Source: Syncephalis fuscata S228 (taxonomy: Eukaryota; Fungi; Zoopagomycota). Taken from it: a stretch of 64,000 bases of DNA. How positions within the stretch are numbered: position 1 is the first letter of the stretch; each line of letters begins with the position of its first letter. Made by a program: the position numbers and the translations under genes. Below the pieces are notes generated by a model, which made no database searches, was not told where the DNA came from, and saw only the letters and a list, made by a program, of their open reading frames with translations. The stretch covers positions 62,001-126,000 of the forward strand of contig JAHLTZ010000044.1 in the NCBI GenBank assembly GCA_025786725.1, written 5' to 3'. Shown here in pieces: positions 56,701 to 64,000 of this stretch.

Positions 56701-59418
56701 TATCCGCTTCGGCAATAACATCAGTAATAAAACGCGAATCCTTTAGCTCAACACTTCTAGATCGCGATAGTGTACTAAGTCGTGAACCACGTCTTTGGGT
56801 CGATGGATCCGTAAGTGCATCCAACGGTTTAGACACCATTGTTGAATCGGTCGTATAATAATTAGACGATGAAATACGATGAAACTTCGTTGGTGATTTA
56901 AGAGCCGCCAATACCAATGCACTCTGTCGACTAATACGTACACCTTGCAATATTTGTTCTTCTAGTTTTGCCGGACTGGTTAATGTATTTCTCGCGGCTA
57001 AAGCAATAAATTGCTGCTGTTGTTGCAATCGATGCTGTCTCTGCATTTGATCAAGCACACTCAAGTCATTACCCCTTTTAAGTCCTTCGCTTTCGTGCAT
57101 AGGTATAGTTCGCTGTATCCTACGAGAATCTACCATTGTTTTACCACGTTGTCGACTAGCAGAGCGCACGGGTGGTGTAGGCGGTACAGGTGGCTCTCGT
57201 TGGTGTATAGGGCCACTGGTAATGCTCGACTCGGTGTCACCTTTATGATAGGAGCAGTGTTACTATGAGTACGATGCCGTACTGATTGTGATCGAGGTAC
57301 TGCAGTTGATAATAACGATGATGACTGTGTTGAAGTATTTCTAAATCCATCGAGTGATGAAGCACGTCCATGAAGTGCTATTGATGTATTACTACGGGTG
57401 TCCTCTCCTTTAAATGGATGTTTATTCGTACGTGGTTCATCTAATGGACCGATTAATGCTGATTCTGACTTTGAGTGACCAGCATGATTGGCCCGATTAG
57501 CCTTGGATATATTTCGTTGGGCTATATAACCTGAAGCGAGTCCATTATCGCGTGCCTTTTCATTCATCAGTTGTAAAGCCTCTTTACCGAATACTGAGGC
57601 AATGGATGGATGCTTTCCTCGACCACCACTCATAACATCTTCATCTGTATCGGGTGATTTGGTATTTGATGAACTTGTGGTACCATTGGAGTTCATACTA
57701 TCCCCGGCCATTTCTTCTTCTGACAATGCTTTAATAGTAGAGAATATACGCTTTCTTCTGGTCTGGTTAGCTGAATGGGAACGACGGGGTGTACTTTTTG
57801 ACAATGATCCAATTTCTACTAATGGAGGAGGTGTTGATGCACTACTTGCCGTTGATAGTGGAATACTAGGCATTGAAGGTATCGATGATATGGATGACAT
57901 TGAAGTATTAGACCCAGCTACTTCATAGTCATCTTCTTTCGCTTTAGTGACATCCTGTGTCTTATCTTCAGGTATAGTAAATACATTACTGGTACGAGAG
58001 GCTACCTGTTCAAGTACATCTTTAGCGTATAACTGTGATCGAGTACGTGGTCGTCGGTATTGTGTCTTTGAAGGTGTCCGCTGTAAATCGGGTGCCGATA
58101 CACTTTGTTTATTATGCAACACCTAAGCAATACTATTAATTCAACTACAATAAATAATCTAACTAATGACTTACCTCTGATCCTCATCTTCATCTTTATC
58201 TTTATCTTCATCTTCATCTTCATCTTCATCTTCATCTTCTTTAATCTCATTTTTAAGCGTTGATAATGGTCTACCAAAATGAGGTTGAGGTGATTCAAGT
58301 GGTAATGGTGAATCTGATTCTGATTCCATATCAATGGCACTTGTTGCTGTAGTCAATAAAGTACGTAATGAAGTATCAATGGCAATGCCTCCGCTTTTAA
58401 TTACTTTCAATTTTGCACCCATACTCGTTAAAGGTTGTGATGGTGATGGATGTAGTTCAGTAATCAATGATGGCATAGATGTGTTACTATTACTTTCTGT
58501 ATTTGTTGTTGTTGTTGTTATTGCTTCTACTAATACTGTTACATTTGTGATTGATTTAGTTGATTCAACAGTGGTTGATGTTAAAGTATTAATCTTATTT
58601 GATAAATGTTCATTATCATTTGAATTACTATTTGTAATTGTATGATTAGAATATTCACTCTGCTTATTAACATCGTTGAATGATTCATTGATAGTATCAG
58701 TTTCTGATGCTGATGCTGCTACTGCTTCGGCTTCAGCTGCCTCCATCGCTTTAGTTAACATTTCAAGACTTGGCATATTAGATCGCCGTGTTTCTCCCCA
58801 GACTGACATTGATCCAAATGGTGATGTTAGATTAGACACCGGCGATGATAGTGTTGAAGTACTGGGCGATGAGTTGGCACTTTCAAATTTGGCACGCAAA
58901 TCATTAAAAGCCTTGCCACGTTCAGTGATAACCCGGCCAGATAATCGATCTGATGCTGATTTGGGTCCTGCCGAGCTCAATGGAGAACTATTAGGCGGCA
59001 ATTGTTGGGTATTTAATTTTAGACCGCTTTTTATTGCCTTGGCACTTGCACTGTTCGTCGATCGATGGTGGCCATGATCCGGCACTGAGGTGGCCATTTC
59101 ATGTGTATCGTGTGTTGTTTTGGCCGTCGCGTTCGTCGGCAATCGTTCACTCGCCCCTCCATTCTGGCTTCTAATCGATGACGATCGAGTGGCGTTGCTT
59201 CGAGTTAGACTGCTACTTCGCTGACGAGTCTGAATATCATTAGTGCCATTGCCCGCCTGCGGTAACGGTGTATACGGTGAATTAGACGGAGTTTTACTTA
59301 TATCAAGCACGGTTGGCGTGGTCTCTGTCGTTAAACCCGCCGACAGAGATGTATTTTCTCCGCTAGATTCCGCGGCCAACGATGCTAGATTAGATGGTGT
59401 GGTTGTTGTTACAGTCAT
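53792..59418 (-). CDS. RhoGEF with DH + BAR + SH3 domains (Tuba/DNMBP- or Gef1-like) and a long S/T-rich N-terminus
   Basis: RRRMVVSELVNTEAAFASDLAVL, LFTNIE, WDLGSLLIKPVQRVLKYPLL (DH); ITKRSKKLIDYDR...YVAINAQLIEELP (BAR); LYPY...EL...WWYG...GWFPASYC (SH3). Confidence 0.9.
58183..58240 (-). repeat. (GATGAA)n coding repeat giving an acidic EDEDED tract
   Basis: tcatcttcatctttatctttatcttcatcttcatcttcatcttcatcttcatcttc. Confidence 0.85.
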
Positions 59419-60567
59419 AACCAATGGTTTGAGGCGTGCAAACGGAAGCCCGCACCTGGTTAGAGTGGTAGACCGATAGGAATTGTAAGGAAACGAATGA
59501 GCGGTAATAAACGCTCGCTGTCCATATACCAATAATACAAATGTTCAATAAAACAACGGAAACACAATCCACAGACAAATGGCCAGCTAGCTCGCTAGCT
59601 AGTTAGTTAGTAGTTAGTTAACAACAAAGATAGAGCGGTGCAAAGAAGATGGTGCAAGAGAGAGAGAGACTAAACAGAACCAATGTAAAGATAGGACGAG
59701 GTTGGAAGAAGCGACACGACCACTAAACCGGCAGTCCAGTCACTAACCAAGAATAGAGTAGGAATTATCGAGGACTAGTACACAGATGAGTGCGCAGCAG
59801 TGTGTTTTAGTCTAGAGCAACAATAGAAGAGACAGTAACACTGGAATAAGTAGTGTGATAGTGTAGCGGTAATAGTGGTGGTGGTGTGGTGGTGGTAATA
59901 GTAATAGTAATAAGCAGTAATAGTGGCAAAGGTAAGTAAAACTTGTTATTGTTATCACAATGCACACACACATGCACACATTCTCTCTTATTCTCTCCCT
60001 CTCTCTCTCTCTCTCTAATGCCTTTATTGAGTTCAAGCAAGCATGTGTGCATGCACATACACACACTGTGGTTCTTTCTCAGTCATTTCTGGTTTCGAGA
60101 TCTTGTTTTCCATAGTCCTTGTCTGTGTGTATCCATATGTATAAGTATCATGCCATATCTTGTGTACATTTATGTTGAAACAGTCGATCAAGGTAGGGAG
60201 TACAATATTTTCAAATGTATCCCAAGACTACATCGTTATTGTTTTCATTACAAAGGTTTATCATGTCTATTACCAATAACGATATCATCTAATGGATGCT
60301 GCAGTATAATAGATGTCTATAGTTACGTATTTATATAAATTGAGGGGTGTGTGCGTGGATAGGCGGTGTTTCAATATGTGTATAATTCCGCACGTTTAAT
60401 GACAGCAGTACCAAAAAAGGTAATTCATATCTTTATTTGTAGGACGAGTCAATCCATCAGTCAATAAATAAATCCATTTAATAATTATTGATTAAATAGT
60501 TAATTAATTAATTAAATGATTACTGGATTGGCTATTTAAATCATTGAAGTAATTTAAACAAAAAACT

Positions 60568-61450
60568 TCAACGATTGGCTTTCTTTGCCGGTGGCAGTAC
60601 AAACTTGGTTCCTTCACCTGATTGGCGACCATTAAGCATAAAGCCTACCCATGGAACAATATTCCAATGTAGAGAAAAGGTGACGCTTTGTTTACTGAAA
60701 TAGTATAATTGCCAGTAATCAGTTAGTTAATTGCTTAATGCTAATAATAACCAAGTATAGAGTATATTACCTATCAAATGTGCGGCGAATATTGTCTAAG
60801 CCGTATTTATGTGACATGCCACGTAGTTTTAATTTTGCCTCTTCAACCGACAACACCAGTGTGTCCCAAACAGCAATTTGGTTCTTTTCCTATAATAAAT
60901 ACATTTGTTAATACCAATCATTGTTCAATAGTATGGATAGTACACACATATGATTTACTTTCATATTCAGCCACTAAATTGACATATAATTGTTTTGTAT
61001 TCCAGTTAAACAATGAAGTCAGATCTAATCGTGGTTAGTTTAGAATAGACCGTTCGTTACTACGCCTATCATTAAATACTACACGCCATTATCTACCTGC
61101 ATCCATATCTATTTCCGTAAAAACAAAATCTCTTGGTACACCTCCATCGCTGTAAGACGTATCAAGGCTGCCGTGGTATCTGGTAGAAGAACACGGTCAG
61201 CTTCATTTACTTCATCTACTAGTGTACTCGAATCGTTGTATCGATCTCGTCAAGTATTCTTTTTACGACAGGCAATTCATAGATTCGGTATGGCTACTTA
61301 CACTTGGATATTGTTTACAGCAATATCTGCACTAGGTGCGACACTTGGCAAAGCAAGCCAGCCCGATAACATTGCTAGAGGCAGCAATATTAAAAAGCCG
61401 GTGGTGGCCGTAGCCGTTACCACGTTAAGTCGCTGAAGTAGCGAGTACAT
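60568..61450 (-). CDS. SPC3: Signal peptidase complex subunit Spc3/SPC22 (5 exons; missed by the ORF track)
   Basis: MYSLLQRLNVV + TM; spliced DMDADLTSLFNWNTKQLYVNLVAEY; KNQIAVWD; KYGLDN; FSLHWNIVPWVGFM. Confidence 0.93.
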
Positions 61451-61703
61451 TGAATAAAAGATGACAAAAAACGAGTGCTGACGCAGCAGTAATCAAGAGA
61501 AGAGATCTGTAAAGAGAAATAGGAAGTAACGACTAAATGAGTTAATTAATATTCGTTTCAATTTGATATCCATAATAATAATAATTAATAGTCAACCATT
61601 AATAGACAAGTACACTGAATTATAAACAACACAACAATTACAAACATATAGATTCAATTTAATTGGATTAAAGGGTATACCGTCATTTATATGATAAATT
61701 GAA

Positions 61704-62775
61704 CTAGGCACTCGATTGAGTAATTGTATTGACCAGCCTACACCAATGTTAATATTACTCGTTATCCGGCCATGTACCACTTGCCAGTCTAAGCCTTCCG
61801 TTAGACCTTCGCCTTTAACAGCGCTTGTCTTGAAGATGGTCCAGGTTCGCTGGCGTAACGTACTTAGACCAAGTGCCTCGGTAACCTCGACGTCTGTCAT
61901 GGCACCTGGCATATCCTATGTAACGTGGCAGTTACACGGTAACATGGTTTCGTTAGCTATTTAAGCCCATTCACTTTTAAACTCACCTGTTTATTAGCAA
62001 ATACCAATAGTGTAGAGTTTTTCAATTCTTCTTCCTATTGTAAAGTGATTAGTTAGTAAATACGTAATCAAATAGCAATTGGTATTAATTTTTACGCACT
62101 TCAAGCATTGACATCAACTCTTCTTTACTCGTACTAATACGATCTCGATCACAACTATCCACAACATAGATGACTGCATCGGTATTTGCATAATAACAGC
62201 GCCAATAGGGTCTATTAAAACATTGATACACATTACATTATCGATTGACAATACTAGTAATTGGGCTAAATAAATCACTTACCGAATACTAGTCTGACCT
62301 CCAAGATCCCAGACTATTAACAAATATTCATTGATTCGTTATATTATATAATTAGAAGGCACTCTATACATCCATCATCTACTTGCCTTGGAATTTTATA
62401 TTCTTATAGGTTACCGTTTCCATATTGAATCCAATAGCTATTAAGTAATAAATAGGCATTATCGTCTTTATAGATAGCAACTCTAGCCAGTTGATTACAA
62501 CTTACTTGGAATAGTTGAAATTACTTCTCCCATCTTTTATTATTGTTATTGTAAATAGTAAATATCTATATAGTGCTTTGTTCTATACAAACAACCTACT
62601 TGCATTCGGTAGAGAATCGTCGTCTTGCCAGCTCCATCGAGACCGAGAATAAGGATGCGCACCTCCTTTGCGCCCCAAATAAGACGAGAGAATATACTAG
62701 AAAATGTTTGACCTAGATGCATACCTGGTAAGCACCAGGGCAACAATACTACAGCCTAGTCATCTACTTACCCAT
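61704..62775 (-). CDS. ARL1: ARF-like GTPase Arl1 (spliced)
   Basis: MG N-terminus, [101 protein letters not shown]. Confidence 0.97.
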
Positions 62776-63071
62776 AGTCAAGTTGTCAAAATGTAAAGTG
62801 TGCTGTTTAAAAGGAATTCGATAGACAAAAAGTTGCAAGTTTAAGATGAATCGGGAAACAATTGGTTCTCCTTTATGATCAGTGTATTATATTAATGGAA
62901 TTAGCATTGTGATGATTATTAATTGTATTGTTATTAGAATCAAATAATAAAACAATATTTATTTAGTTTAAAGTGTGTAAATAAAAAGTAGCTATACTAT
63001 ATTTATATAAAATAATCATTTAAGAATACAAAATATTATTGCAAAACAATAGAAAGTGCAATAAGAATGAA

Positions 63072-64000
63072 TTAAGTTTCGTTGGTTAAAGGCTGGCCAC
63101 ATAGTTCGCTAAGTGCCCGCATCTTAGTCATATATTCTTTACGCTTACGGGTCAGTACTAGGGACATCTTATTCTGCATTGCCGAGTTGGGTTCACTAAT
63201 GGAATGGCGTGGATTACGACCGCTATCGTTATCATCACTATGCTTTGAAGACGGGGTGTGCGTGAGAGAGCGGTTAGATTGTAGTACCGTCTTTTCAAGA
63301 ATAGTAATTTCCGCTCGTAGACGTGTTAATCGTTCGAGTGACTCGGCAATCACCGGATCGTTACCACGACGACGAGCTGCCTCTGTCCATAGCTTTGTAC
63401 TGGCCCGCAGATCGTCTGAAGTGTGCACGTTGCGTAGTCGGTGTAGACGAATGGCCGATGGTGATACCTCACTGGTTGTACTCATGGTGGGTGAAACGAG
63501 CATGGACATACGACGGGTTTCGCCATCAGTATCGCTCATACCACTTTTAATTTGATCGGCAAGGACAGCATCTGTTTCAGAGGCCGTTACTCGATGGCCT
63601 AGATTAGCTGCAGTCGATGCTAATTGTGATGCTGGTGGTGGTGATGGCGAGTTTGAAGCCTCTGAAGCATTGCGTTGTTGTTGACGCAACTGCATACGCA
63701 GTGCATCAAGTTCGGTAAGTGTTGCAGAACGTTCACGTAGTTCATGTTCAACCATAGAAGCAGTAGCGCTGACTACTGAACTGGGTGACAATAGACTCAT
63801 ATCAAGTTTACCGTCATCGTTTATATCGGACGGCGCAGATCGACGTGCTTTCACGTCTAAATCACTATTGTAGCTACGTGAGCGGGCCATGGACGGTGTA
63901 CTCTGGCCGCTATAACAACCATTCATGTCAAGATCGGTCGATGATGGTAGCCGTTCAGTTGTGGTACCGCTCAGTGCTGATAATACACTGCCTAGTGGAC
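63072..64000 (-). CDS. 3' part of an uncharacterised S/R-rich coiled-coil protein (continues beyond the window)
   Basis: 284-aa ORF with coiled-coil segments (LERLTRLRAEITILEKTV); no recognised domain. Confidence 0.6.
   Translation of the reverse strand, partial: PLGSVLSALSGTTTERLPSSTDLDMNGCYSGQSTPSMARSRSYNSDLDVKARRSAPSDINDDGKLDMSLLSPSSVVSATASMVEHELRERSATLTELDALRMQLRQQQRNASEASNSPSPPPASQLASTAANLGHRVTASETDAVLADQIKSGMSDTDGETRRMSMLVSPTMSTTSEVSPSAIRLHRLRNVHTSDDLRASTKLWTEAARRRGNDPVIAESLERLTRLRAEITILEKTVLQSNRSLTHTPSSKHSDDNDSGRNPRHSISEPNSAMQNKMSLVLTRKRKEYMTKMRALSELCGQPLTNET

Noticed and set aside
57602-59479. Several plus-strand ORFs of 78-133 aa
   Set aside because: Antisense to the S/T-rich RhoGEF exons, with no independent coding signal.
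59807-60338. ORFs with RERERE, CVCV and TITIT tracts
   Set aside because: Produced by (CT)n, (CA)n and trinucleotide microsatellites in the RhoGEF upstream region.

Overview
Gene-dense, AT-rich, intron-rich eukaryotic DNA with short (~45-90 nt) introns. It is most consistent with an early-diverging fungus, possibly a Zoopagomycota mycoparasite such as Syncephalis; this is inferred from gene content and was not checked against a database. About 23 protein genes are supported: two tandem 2-TM paralogues, NSP1/NUP62, SNRNP40, DHX37/ECM16, VPS29, a cytochrome b561 protein, an F-box-like protein, MCR1, SPC105/KNL1, a derlin, a LysP-like amino-acid permease, IDO/BNA2, an Lst2/ZFYVE28-like protein, RPS24, MPO1, an SFSWAP-like protein, ATG22, a PQ-loop transporter, a DH-BAR-SH3 RhoGEF, SPC3, ARL1 and a partial ORF. 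Many conserved genes carry single-base frameshifts, probably assembly indels, so exon coordinates are approximate. The most notable observations are: (1) an intronless bacterial-LysP-like permease bracketed by ~489-bp near-identical inverted copies of a dispersed repeat; (2) a dispersed non-coding repeat family with 5 copies plus a fragment, several carrying a small hairpin with compensatory changes; (3) a fungal Lst2/ZFYVE28-like protein with no FYVE finger; (4) at least 4-5 GC-AG introns and 5-nt and 9-nt microexons. No tRNA, rRNA, CRISPR array or transposase was recognised.
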